A stretch of 64,000 nt of DNA from Candidatus Latescibacterota bacterium (lineage in GTDB: Bacteria > Latescibacterota > UBA2968): assembly GCA_965207885.1 (NCBI GenBank), contig OZ242311.1, positions 576,001 through 640,000 on the forward strand. The letters are read 5' to 3'. The notes under the pieces were generated by a model. That model ran no database searches, was not told the origin of the DNA, and worked only from the letters and a program-made list of their open reading frames with translations. Below, in pieces: positions 27,736-37,015 of the stretch. The position numbers were made by a program, and so were the translations under genes. Positions within the stretch are counted from its first letter, which is position 1. The number at the start of each line of letters is the position of its first letter.

Positions 27736-30700
27736 ATTTCTACTGGAATCATTTTGCGCGTTTTCGGCTGATATGTCATGCCTGTAAGTAATTTTTCGAG
27801 TGTGTTGGTGATGCGGAAGACAACGCGATTTTTGCCTTGTTTGAGATGGGCTGTTTTTCCAGTCCAGCAATAGGGTGCCCAGGCGCGTACGCCCAAAGAC
27901 TGGCCGTTGATTGTTATTTCGACGATGTCGCCGAGGTTTTTCACGGTGCGTTCGAGGTCTATTTTGAAACGCGGGGTTTGGGGCAGGGTTTTGAAGTCGA
28001 TGTCCCGGGTGTATGACACGGTGCCAGCATAGAAGGGCAGTCCCTGTGCTTTGAGGTCAAAAATTGGACCGCTATCTTGAAGGGGTGATAGTTTGGGATA
28101 TACGTTGCGCCAGGATTTGACCTGAAAACGTCCAAAGAGATACAGGGCATCGACGAGGCCATCACCCGGGCTGTTGACTTCCACACGGATGGCGATCACA
28201 TTTTTGCCCTTGTTTATGCGTTGTCCCACGGAACACGTCGCGTTGGCGTGATCGAATCGGAAGGTGGGGCGAAAAGCATTGCTCGGCAATTTGGAACCGT
28301 TGATGTAGATCTGGTGCTCTCCCTGAATGGCACTTCGATCCATGACCAGAGAGAGTTTACTGGGGACAATGTCTGCGATAAAGGTTTTTCGGTACCAACA
28401 AATCGTTTTTTCTTCTGGGTCGTCAAAAGGTTGTGGGCGCGTTTCGGACCATCTGCTATCGCTATAAGTCGGCTGATGCCAGCCCTGGCGTTTGCCCGTG
28501 TTAGACGGGTCGAATTTCGTTTTGAATTTGTCCAGGCGCAAGGCATTATCTTCTTCTGGATCAACTTTCCAGTGACCTGTTAAATTGAGTTTGAGAGTTT
28601 CTACCAGAGGCTCTTCTTTTTCTTTTTTCGGGTGGCCCGGAGAGGTTACGATCATATGTGATTGCAGCCGATCAAAGGAGAGGTTAATGCGACTCATTTC
28701 TCCGGCAGGTTCGACCACAAGAGGTGTGCGTTTGCCCGTTTCTAAATCCCATTTCTCTATATGTCCGTCGGAGGCGGGTATAAAAATTTGTGTTGTAACG
28801 GGCGAATTTTCCCGATTGGAAAAAAAGAATATGCGATGCTTTTCATCTGTTCGGTGGTGATATTGTATTGTGTCGGCGCTTTTCCCGTCTGACATGATGT
28901 GTACTCGCCGAGGCAGTATTTCGTCGAGCAGGCGTTCCAGCATGGATGTCGCCTGATTTTTTTCTACAGTACCCCCCGTGCGGATAAACATGAAGTTGTC
29001 TCGACTCAGCAAGTGGACGCCCGATTCGTGGCCGGTATAATCGCGAATCATTCGCCCGGGGTCCATGTCGGTCAACCGCGAAAATCCCTCGACGACCGAT
29101 GTGCCCTCTTGAATATCCTCGATGGGCAATAATCCCAGGGCGATGACGAGACCGCCTGCATTGATAAATGCGCGTAGCTTATCAAAAGCTGCGCGTTCCA
29201 GATTGGTGATGGGAGGAATGATCAGGACCGTGTAGCGCGTTTTGCCGATCTGCAATTGGCGGTTGGTGATTTCCGCCTGAGCGAGGAGGGCCGGGTCAAG
29301 ACTTTGAAATGGCCGCTGCATCTGATACAGAGCGCGGGCAATACAGGCCCAGTCGGCAACGAGGTTATTGGTCAGTGTTTCTTCATCGGGATCATAGCCG
29401 ACATAAGACCAGTTGTGAAACGGGTGTGCGAGGTGTGCCCACAGGCTGGTGACGGGCTCGAGGAGTGCAATATCGGCGACTTGCTGACCCTGGATTAAGA
29501 GATGGGCAAGTCGCCCCGCGTAGTCAGACAGCAGATGGAAGTGTTTCCAGTAGGGATTTTGATGAAATAGAGATGTGGCGTGTTTGCGCAATCCGTCGAG
29601 TGTGTAGTAGAGGGCGTGGGGCGCAAAGAAGTTGGTTCCGTGGGTGCCGAGGGTATCGAGCTGTGCTTTCATATCTTGCAGCGTGGTTGCCCAGCCCGTG
29701 TTTTGAAAACAGGTATTGAGTACGCGTGAAGTGCTTGTCTGTGCGGCGAGCGACGTTGCAAATTCAGGGCTGTGGCGATATGATACGACGTATTCTCTGG
29801 TGCGTTCAACACTACCGCCTGTACCAGGTATGGGTATGGAAGTGCGATGGGCATTGCGAAGCGGGGTTATATCGCTCGCATAATTGAGGTCGTGTTCTTT
29901 GCACCAGTCGGCACTGCGCGCGCTGTCGTGCCGCTGTTGCAGTTCGCTCAGGGTTTGAAAATAATCGTAGCGGATGCGGCTCGTGTTGGGTCCAAAGTAG
30001 GTTATGAGGGCAGGCAAGCAAGGGAGTATATTGTAGCCATTGCGCGTTTGGAAGTAGTCGGGCAATACAGGTGACCAGGGCAGGCGATCTTTGGGAAAAT
30101 GCGTTTCCGAAGTTAAGATGCCCTTTAAGGTTTTGCCCTGAAAGGCGGAAAATTGTTCGATGTAGGGTTGTTGAATGGTCTGGTGCAGGGTGCGAACAGA
30201 CTCTGGATTGAACCGATCGAGGTGTGAGCCAGGACAATCGCTGGTTGCCGTGGGTTCTTGCAAAAAAACGAGCACGCGCCAACGTCCGGCAGGTGCTTTC
30301 CAGTACAGTCGGCGGGTGGGATTAAAAGATACATAATTGTAGGGATGGTGGGCGGACACAGCGCTGTTGTTGCGCAATGCGTGGTGTTGGTGATTGACCC
30401 CCAGATAAGCACTGATATCTTGTTTGTCTTCCCACAGACAGCGGTCTCTTCGCAAGGGCACAGCGAATGCTTGCAACACGGGTGCCCAGGGCAGCATAAG
30501 GTCAACTTGTTGTCCGCCCTGTACAACGGTTTCGCGAAAGGTGAGTTGTTGTGCGATGAATTGAGGATGGTTTAAGGTGATTTGGGTCGATCCAATACCA
30601 CCTGGATAGCGGTATTCGTCGTGGATCCAGACCTGGAGGCCATTTTCTTCTGCTGTTTCGAGTGCCAATTTTACGCGCTCGAACCAGATGTGCGACAAAT

Positions 30701-30869
30701 AGGGCGTTTTTAGCCCGGGTCCTGTTGATAGACAGAATCCACCGAGTCTCTTTTCGCTCATTTCGCGGATTTGACGAACGAGTTCGTTTTCTTCTATGAT
30801 GCCGTTCCATATCCAAAATGGAACGAGACGGTCAGCCGCAGGGGGATTGATGAAGTTTTTGAGGTTCAT
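27732..30869 (-). CDS. Glycoside hydrolase, GH106 (alpha-L-rhamnosidase)-like
   Basis: PFWIWNG, YLS..WF, WIHDE..YP.G; C-terminal beta-sandwich INGQSLG.RAWAPY. Confidence 0.7.
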   Translation of the reverse strand: MNLKNFINPPAADRLVPFWIWNGIIEENELVRQIREMSEKRLGGFCLSTGPGLKTPYLSHIWFERVKLALETAEENGLQVWIHDEYRYPGGIGSTQITLNHPQFIAQQLTFRETVVQGGQQVDLMLPWAPVLQAFAVPLRRDRCLWEDKQDISAYLGVNHQHHALRNNSAVSAHHPYNYVSFNPTRRLYWKAPAGRWRVLVFLQEPTATSDCPGSHLDRFNPESVRTLHQTIQQPYIEQFSAFQGKTLKGILTSETHFPKDRLPWSPVLPDYFQTRNGYNILPCLPALITYFGPNTSRIRYDYFQTLSELQQRHDSARSADWCKEHDLNYASDITPLRNAHRTSIPIPGTGGSVERTREYVVSYRHSPEFATSLAAQTSTSRVLNTCFQNTGWATTLQDMKAQLDTLGTHGTNFFAPHALYYTLDGLRKHATSLFHQNPYWKHFHLLSDYAGRLAHLLIQGQQVADIALLEPVTSLWAHLAHPFHNWSYVGYDPDEETLTNNLVADWACIARALYQMQRPFQSLDPALLAQAEITNRQLQIGKTRYTVLIIPPITNLERAAFDKLRAFINAGGLVIALGLLPIEDIQEGTSVVEGFSRLTDMDPGRMIRDYTGHESGVHLLSRDNFMFIRTGGTVEKNQATSMLERLLDEILPRRVHIMSDGKSADTIQYHHRTDEKHRIFFFSNRENSPVTTQIFIPASDGHIEKWDLETGKRTPLVVEPAGEMSRINLSFDRLQSHMIVTSPGHPKKEKEEPLVETLKLNLTGHWKVDPEEDNALRLDKFKTKFDPSNTGKRQGWHQPTYSDSRWSETRPQPFDDPEEKTICWYRKTFIADIVPSKLSLVMDRSAIQGEHQIYINGSKLPSNAFRPTFRFDHANATCSVGQRINKGKNVIAIRVEVNSPGDGLVDALYLFGRFQVKSWRNVYPKLSPLQDSGPIFDLKAQGLPFYAGTVSYTRDIDFKTLPQTPRFKIDLERTVKNLGDIVEITINGQSLGVRAWAPYCWTGKTAHLKQGKNRVVFRITNTLEKLLTGMTYQPKTRKMIPVEI

Positions 30870-30870
30870 A

Positions 30871-31104
30871 TTAGTTTACGTCAGCACAGGCCTGACAGAT
30901 ATATGTAACTACCCGGCCGTGCGGGCGAATACGGGTGAGTTTAATCTCGCCTTCCCGCTGTTTGCACTGCGCGCATGGTCGGTCTAATTTGGGGGCGGTA
31001 AGGCCCGAACAGGTATCACAGTGATAAAGGACGCGCTTTATGCCGTTTTCGATATGCGTTTGTGCTTTTGTTGCTGGAACTTTGCCACATTGTTCGCAAA
31101 TCAA
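30871..31104 (-). CDS. Small protein with four CxxC motifs, resembling the McsA N-terminal zinc-binding region
   Basis: CEQC, CDTC, CAQC and CQAC; GAGGT RBS before TTG at 31104. Confidence 0.6.
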   Translation of the reverse strand: MICEQCGKVPATKAQTHIENGIKRVLYHCDTCSGLTAPKLDRPCAQCKQREGEIKLTRIRPHGRVVTYICQACADVN

Positions 31105-31296
31105 TGGCGTGACCTCGCGTTTTGAGATGCCCGCGTTTCGTTTATTTATAACCCCGAAATTTAATGCCTGAATAGAAAAAGTCAAGTTATTTTAATAAAA
31201 TGTTGTTTTATTATAAGTTTATGGAATGATATATAAGCTGTTAAAATACGCGCTTGTCAACAATAAGCCTTATCATTATACTACAAATGCAAAATA

Positions 31297-31362
31297 AGCG
31301 GTCAGCGGTCAGCAGTTAGCAAAACAAGCTATTAGCTGAAAGCTGATAGCTGAAAGCTGATA
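31297..31362. repeat. Inverted arrays of 7-bp tandem repeats (AGCGGTC-like / GCTGAWA)
   Basis: Read directly from the sequence. Confidence 0.7.
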
Positions 31363-31363
31363 T

Positions 31364-31966
31364 ATGAACGAGCAAATTTACGGTCTTGTGCTGGCCGCGG
31401 GTATGGCGCGGCGCATGGGGTCAACCAAACAGTTGTTGCCTTTTGGCGATCGAACGGTTCTTCAAACAGTAGTTGATACGCTGTCGGGTGCTGATCTGGC
31501 TGGCGTTGTGGTGGTTTTGGGGCACGATGCAGATGCTGTGCGCGAGAGTTTGCGCGGTCGGACCGTGCTGTGTTGCGTGAATGACGCGTACCGCGAGGGG
31601 ATGTTTTCCAGTGTTCTTTGCGGTCTCCACCATTTGCCTGAGGATGCAGATGCGGTGCTGATCGCACTCGGGGATCAGCCTCAGATTGAATTGAATGTTG
31701 TTCGGGCTGTGTTGCGGGCATACCGCGAGGGCGATCGGGGTATTGTGATTCCCATTTCGGGTGGAAAGCGCGGGCATCCGGTGCTGGTCAATTTGTCGCG
31801 TTATCGGGACGAGATTCTGAGGCTTTCTGGAGATGAGGGTCTCAAGCCGGTCATGCGCGGGCACCCGCACGATACGCTGGAGGTGCCGGTAGATGATGAG
31901 GGTATTTTGCGGGATCTGGATACGCCAGAAGATTATCGGGCGGAGATTGAAAGGCGAGGGAAGTGA
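31364..31966 (+). CDS. Molybdenum cofactor cytidylyltransferase-like (MocA/MobA NTP transferase)
   Basis: LAAGMARRMG..KQLL, LGDQP, GHPV and DLDTPEDY. Confidence 0.88.
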   Translation: MNEQIYGLVLAAGMARRMGSTKQLLPFGDRTVLQTVVDTLSGADLAGVVVVLGHDADAVRESLRGRTVLCCVNDAYREGMFSSVLCGLHHLPEDADAVLIALGDQPQIELNVVRAVLRAYREGDRGIVIPISGGKRGHPVLVNLSRYRDEILRLSGDEGLKPVMRGHPHDTLEVPVDDEGILRDLDTPEDYRAEIERRGK

Positions 31967-31998
31967 GAAGTGGGAAGTGGAAAGTGGGAAGGACACCC

Positions 31999-32058
31999 GT
32001 CATCGCGGCATGATCCCCTGCTCAACACCACGCAGGGGCATGGTTGAGCCGCGATCCA
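31999..32058 (+). repeat. Palindrome copy 6 with a nested hairpin insert
   Basis: CCCCTGC-N10-GCAGGGG inserted, with CATG on both sides. Confidence 0.8.
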
Positions 32059-32089
32059 GAAGGTTTTTACTGATCGTGGAGAATGACAG

Positions 32090-33139
32090 ATGTTGAGAAA
32101 AGATGTTGAGTCGGCCCTAAAGAAAGGGCAGGTGATTCCCGCACATCCGCTGGCTCTGACCGCGGAGCGGAAGTTGGATGCACGACGACAGCAGGCGTTG
32201 TCGCGCTATTATATTGCTGCTGGTGCGGGGGGCCTGGCCGTGGGGGTGCATACCACGCAATTTGAAATTCGCGATCCCAAATGGGATTTGTACCGGCCCG
32301 TTCTGGAACTGGCTGCGTGTGTGATGGATGCCGATGCACCGGCTGATTTTATCCGCGTGGCGGGCATTGTGGGGAATACGCGACAGGCGGTGGCAGAGGC
32401 AGAGGTTGCGCGTGATTGCGGCTATGAGGTCGGGTTGGTGAGTTTGCGTGCTTTTGCCAATGCGAGTGTCGATGCGATGGTTGCACATTGCCGCGCCATA
32501 GCCGATGTGATTCCGGTGATGGGGTTTTATCTGCAGCCGGCTGTGGGAGGATGTGTGTTGCCGTTTGATTTTTGGCGGCGTTTTGCAGAGATTGAGTCTG
32601 TGGTGGGTATTAAGATCGCGCCTTTTAATCGGTATCAGACGCTGGATGTGATTCGCGGGGTTGTGGCGGCGGGACGGGTGGAGGATATTACGCTTTATAC
32701 GGGGAATGACGATAATATTGTGATGGATTTGCTGACGTCGCATCGGTTTGTGTGCGATGGCGCGTGTGTGGATGTGCGTATTGTGGGTGGGCTTTTGGGG
32801 CATTGGGCGGTGTGGACAAAGAAGGCGGTGGAAATTTTGAGGGCGTGTCACGAGATTGCGAAACTGGATGCTGTGCCGCAAGAGATGCTGACGCGGGCGA
32901 TTGAGGTGACGGATTGCAATGCGGCGCTTTTTGATGTGGCAAATGATTTTCACGGATGTATTGCCGGCGTTCACGAGGTGTTGCGAAGGCAGGGGCTTTT
33001 GGAGGGTGTGTGGTGTTTGAATCCGGAAGAGGGTCTGTCGCCGGGACAAATGGAGGAGATTGACCGCGTGTATGCCGCTTATCCGCATTTGAACGACGAC
33101 GATTTTGTGGCGGAGCATTTAGATGCGTGGTTGCGGTGA
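32090..33139 (+). CDS. Dihydrodipicolinate synthase (class I aldolase) family protein
   Basis: GVHTTQF, FYLQP, GIKIAPF (Schiff-base Lys) and YTGNDD. Confidence 0.85.
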   Translation: MLRKDVESALKKGQVIPAHPLALTAERKLDARRQQALSRYYIAAGAGGLAVGVHTTQFEIRDPKWDLYRPVLELAACVMDADAPADFIRVAGIVGNTRQAVAEAEVARDCGYEVGLVSLRAFANASVDAMVAHCRAIADVIPVMGFYLQPAVGGCVLPFDFWRRFAEIESVVGIKIAPFNRYQTLDVIRGVVAAGRVEDITLYTGNDDNIVMDLLTSHRFVCDGACVDVRIVGGLLGHWAVWTKKAVEILRACHEIAKLDAVPQEMLTRAIEVTDCNAALFDVANDFHGCIAGVHEVLRRQGLLEGVWCLNPEEGLSPGQMEEIDRVYAAYPHLNDDDFVAEHLDAWLR

Positions 33140-33247
33140 GGCGAGGGCTGAATTTTGTTGACTTGCAAGGTGTCGCTGTGCATGATGAGTGATCTGAGAT
33201 GAAATTGAAGTTCGAGAATGGTAATTTTTAATTGAAGGAGGTTTGCC

Positions 33248-34657
33248 GTGAAGATGCATATTGGTGGTCAATGGGTGGATAAGGCCGAGAAGATCGATGT
33301 GATCAATCCATTTGACAATTCGGTGGTGGATACGGTGCCAAAAGGCGATGCAGCAGATGCGGAGGTGGCGATTGCGACGGCTGTGCGCGGTGCCAAAGCG
33401 ATGGCGGCTTTGACGGCTTATGAGCGGTATGAGATTTTGCATCGGGCTGTGAATTTGATGCAGGATCGGGTTGAGGATTTGGGGCGCACGATTACGCTGG
33501 AAGAGGGCAAGGTTCTGGCTGAGGGTATCGGCGAGGCCGGGCGGGCGATTGAGACGATGACGCTGTCTGCTGAGGAGGCGAAGCGGTTGTACGGCGAGAC
33601 CATTCCGCTGGATGGCGGTTCGGGTGTGCGCGATCAGTTTGGTTTTACGCTGCGCGTGCCGTGTGGGGTGGTGCTGGCGATTACGCCGTTTAATTTTCCC
33701 CTGAATCTGGTGTGTCACAAGGTGGGTCCTGCACTGGCTGCGGGCAATGCCGTGATTGTGAAGCCGGCTACGGATACGCCGCTTTCGGCGCTGAAGCTGG
33801 TGGAGATTCTGGTGGAGGCCGGTGTGCCTGCCGAGGCTGTGCAGTGTATTACGGGTCCGGGGAATGAATTGGGCCATGCGCTGTGTTCGGATACCCGCGT
33901 GCGCAAGATCAGTTTTACGGGTAGCCGCGATGTGGGGGAAGAGATTTGCAATATGGCGGGGTTGAAGAAGGTGACGATGGAACTCGGGTCCAATGCGCCT
34001 TTGATTGTGATGCCCGATGCGGATCTGGATCAGGTGGCTGCTGCGACGGCGACGACGGGTTTTGCCAATGCCGGGCAGGTATGCATTTCAGCGCAGCGGG
34101 TGATTGTCAATGATGCGGTTTACGGCGATTTTATCGATGCATTGACGCCAAAGGTCGAGGCGCTGACGACGGGCGATCCCATTGCTGATGGCGTGACGAT
34201 GGGTCCGATGGTGAGGGAGCGCGATGCCGTGCGCGTGCAGGCGTGGATTCAGGATGCGGTGGGGGCTGGCGCGCGTCTGGTAACGGGCGGCGATCGCGAT
34301 GGTGCGATTTATCAGCCGACGATTCTCGCCGATGTGGATCCGAGTATGAAGATTTCATGCGATGAGTTGTTTGGGCCTGCGGTGGGTATTACGCGGTTTG
34401 ACGATATCGACGCTGCTATTGAGATGGCCAATGATACGAATTACGGTTTGAGTGCGGCACTGTTTACAGAGAATATCCACTGGGCGATGCGGTTTGCGCG
34501 GGAAGTCCATTCGGGCAATATTCACGTCAATTGGGGTACGCAGTGGCGCGCGGATTTGATGCCCTATGGCGGTCTGAAGGATAGTGGGATGGGCAAGGAG
34601 GGACCGAAGTACGCGGTGGAGGAGATGACGGAGACGAAGATGGTGGTGTTTCATTAA
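33248..34657 (+). CDS. Aldehyde dehydrogenase
   Basis: ITPFNFP, FTGS, MELGSN, GQVCIS and ELFGP. Confidence 0.95.
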   Translation: MKMHIGGQWVDKAEKIDVINPFDNSVVDTVPKGDAADAEVAIATAVRGAKAMAALTAYERYEILHRAVNLMQDRVEDLGRTITLEEGKVLAEGIGEAGRAIETMTLSAEEAKRLYGETIPLDGGSGVRDQFGFTLRVPCGVVLAITPFNFPLNLVCHKVGPALAAGNAVIVKPATDTPLSALKLVEILVEAGVPAEAVQCITGPGNELGHALCSDTRVRKISFTGSRDVGEEICNMAGLKKVTMELGSNAPLIVMPDADLDQVAAATATTGFANAGQVCISAQRVIVNDAVYGDFIDALTPKVEALTTGDPIADGVTMGPMVRERDAVRVQAWIQDAVGAGARLVTGGDRDGAIYQPTILADVDPSMKISCDELFGPAVGITRFDDIDAAIEMANDTNYGLSAALFTENIHWAMRFAREVHSGNIHVNWGTQWRADLMPYGGLKDSGMGKEGPKYAVEEMTETKMVVFH

Positions 34658-34717
34658 AGTTGTTTGTAAGAGGGGTGCGTACTTGAGGTACGCACCTCAT
34701 TAAAAGGACGGTTTGGA

Positions 34718-35056
34718 ATGGCTCTTACGGATCGAGATTTGAGCATCGCAAATGAATTAAAAAATAGGCTGCTCTCGATAGATGAGGAACATCGAATCCG
34801 CAAGGTTATTTTGTACGGTTCTCGCGCTCGGGGAACGGCCAATGTCAATAGTGATTATGACATTCTGGTGATTGAAAAAGATCCGGTGGCAAAACGAGAT
34901 GAAATGTATCGTTTCCGCCAGGCATTGCGTTCTTTACCCTGCGAATTGGACTTGTGGGTTATGGGAAGTCGAGAATTTGAAGAAACCAAAGAAATTATCG
35001 GCGGAATGGCATTCCCTGCTCACAAATACGGTCAGGTTCTTTATGAGATCTCCTGA
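34718..35056 (+). CDS. Minimal nucleotidyltransferase (MNT antitoxin)
   Basis: LYGSRARG...SDYDILV. Confidence 0.88.
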   Translation: MALTDRDLSIANELKNRLLSIDEEHRIRKVILYGSRARGTANVNSDYDILVIEKDPVAKRDEMYRFRQALRSLPCELDLWVMGSREFEETKEIIGGMAFPAHKYGQVLYEIS

Positions 35057-35480
35057 GCAAGTTCAATGGGATTTTGTACAGCAGTGGCTGGATAAGGCGG
35101 AGAATGATCTGAAAGCAACGGAAATACTTTTGAAGAGTGATCTGAAAAGTTTTGAGACTATAGGATTTCACGCACAACAGTCAGCAGAGAAATTCATCAA
35201 AGCCTTCTTGGTGCGTCATCAAGTAGAATTTCCCAAAACACACGATATTTCGAAATTGAGAAATCTGGTACTCAAAATTGATCAGTCAATATCTCTAAAA
35301 TTAGAACCCGCAGATGCACTAACGCCTTATGGTGTCGAATTTCGCTATCCTGGAGATTTCGATCTTAACCACCAACAGGCTGCAACAGCTTTTCAACTTG
35401 CAAAACGGGTTAAGCGGGTCATTATGAACCATTTAAAATCATACCTGGCGCAAGGAAGACCAATTGATCCAGAAGAATGA
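35043..35480 (+). CDS. HEPN domain protein
   Basis: FHAQQSAEKFIKA, KTHD and RYP. Confidence 0.88.
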   Translation: MRSPEQVQWDFVQQWLDKAENDLKATEILLKSDLKSFETIGFHAQQSAEKFIKAFLVRHQVEFPKTHDISKLRNLVLKIDQSISLKLEPADALTPYGVEFRYPGDFDLNHQQAATAFQLAKRVKRVIMNHLKSYLAQGRPIDPEE

Positions 35481-35503
35481 AACTAAAACTCAGGGAAATT
35501 CGC

Positions 35504-35610
35504 GGGATGAACTCGCCCGGGATATTAAAGAGGCGAATCGAGAGTTTCGAGAGGGAAAGGCTCTGCCAACAACGCCCGATGATCTCATGAAAGAGATTAC
35601 ATCGCGATGA
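35504..35610 (+). pseudogene. C-terminal remnant of a type II antitoxin-like gene
   Basis: RDELARDIKEANREFREGKALPTTPDDLMKEITSR*, with no in-frame start identified. Confidence 0.45.
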
Positions 35611-35707
35611 GATATATTGATATGGAAAACGGCTCCTTTATTAAGGAGCCGTTTTTTTGCTATGGAACATTTGGATTCAACTGCTAATCCGGCATACACG
35701 TATGCCA

Positions 35708-37015
35708 TCACCAGACCTGTCTCATTACCAGACCGTCGCACGGTGCTCCGCAGTGTTGTGCGAGCAGGCCGAACTGAAGATGGAAACCGGCGGCGCGTGC
35801 CTTCTCCCAGGCCGCTGGCGACCACAGGCCCTCGGGCCAGGAAAACCAGGGAATGTGGTCCCGATCCTCAACTGCTTCGGCAAGGTCCGTCAGTTCCTCT
35901 CCAAGCCTATCCCGTTTTGTCAAATCCTCGTGGTGGTGGCCATGTGTCGCAATAATCCAACCTTCGGACTTCATATATTTGATGTCCCCGGCGTTCAGCA
36001 ACCACTCCGGGTCCCGCATTGAGGCGACGCCGAGTCCATCCAAAGCGGCGTGTTGATCTGCCTCGGGCAATGTCTTCAATCCCGTTCGGGTCACGCCGCT
36101 GAGTGCTGATCCGCTTTCAGGATCAAGACCGTGTTCAGCACAGTGCTGGTAGAGGCGCTGCAACGGCAGGGGGCGTACGGATTCACCAAAATGGTTCTCG
36201 CCCACGAACAGGACCGGGCACAGGTAGGCTAAATTTTTAAAGGTGTCCGAGAGGTGCATCACGTCCTTCCAGCCATCATCGAATGTGACCAGGGCTACGG
36301 TCTCGGCATTCTTTTTGCGGTTCCACGCCTCAACCCTGCTATTCAATTGCGCCAGACGCCGTATAAGGTCGGATTTTTCAATAGACATGCCATAGCGAAG
36401 ATGTACTTGATGTGATTCGGTGAGTGCGCCATCGTGTACGCGATGCAACGCCGGTACTCCATGGGGATAAAAACCGCTGTTCGCCCGGCCCGCGAAGACG
36501 CCTTTGGGCCGAAGGCGCGTTGCCCACGCCACCACTTCATCTACTGTATCACATCCCGTAATGGTGAATTTTCCACGGCGATGGTCCAGGGCGGCACCAG
36601 CCAGTTTCTCGCTCCAACCGCCCGAAGTTTGTAGCGAGGCGATTGGCTTTCCCTCTTGCCAAGCCACCGCCATCTCGCTCAAGGTGCCCGAGCCGCCCGA
36701 TACAGCGACGATGAGGTCGGCAGAACGCACCACCAGATGATTTCTCATTGAGCCGAGGCCGGTGCGAACGATGCTCGCCGGATGCGGATTTCGCTCCCAA
36801 GCGCGTCCCCAGCCAGGCTCAATGTGAATGAGATTTGTGGAGCCTGTCGAATGTCCGTGGCCCCTCGCCGCGGCGCGCATGACACCATCCATCCCGCCCG
36901 TTACAATATCGAAGCCAGCGTTTCCGAGCGCACATGTCAGTGCCTCCACCATATGTCGGAGTTCGGGTGATATGACGCCCGCCGAGCCAATGATCGCAAC
37001 GATGTTCCGCCTCAT
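35708..37015 (-). CDS. SLOG/LOG-like domain fused to a polysaccharide deacetylase (NodB/CE4) domain
   Basis: VTGGMDGVMRAAARG, RNHLVV and GGSGTLSE, followed by TFDDG, THGHHH and WPEG. Confidence 0.8.
   Translation of the reverse strand: MRRNIVAIIGSAGVISPELRHMVEALTCALGNAGFDIVTGGMDGVMRAAARGHGHSTGSTNLIHIEPGWGRAWERNPHPASIVRTGLGSMRNHLVVRSADLIVAVSGGSGTLSEMAVAWQEGKPIASLQTSGGWSEKLAGAALDHRRGKFTITGCDTVDEVVAWATRLRPKGVFAGRANSGFYPHGVPALHRVHDGALTESHQVHLRYGMSIEKSDLIRRLAQLNSRVEAWNRKKNAETVALVTFDDGWKDVMHLSDTFKNLAYLCPVLFVGENHFGESVRPLPLQRLYQHCAEHGLDPESGSALSGVTRTGLKTLPEADQHAALDGLGVASMRDPEWLLNAGDIKYMKSEGWIIATHGHHHEDLTKRDRLGEELTDLAEAVEDRDHIPWFSWPEGLWSPAAWEKARAAGFHLQFGLLAQHCGAPCDGLVMRQVW

Noticed and set aside
7573-33877. 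Long antisense ORFs (e.g. 7573-8703, 32117-33118, 33119-33877; also 62885-63940)
   Set aside because: They are shadows of well-supported genes on the opposite strand and have no motifs of their own.
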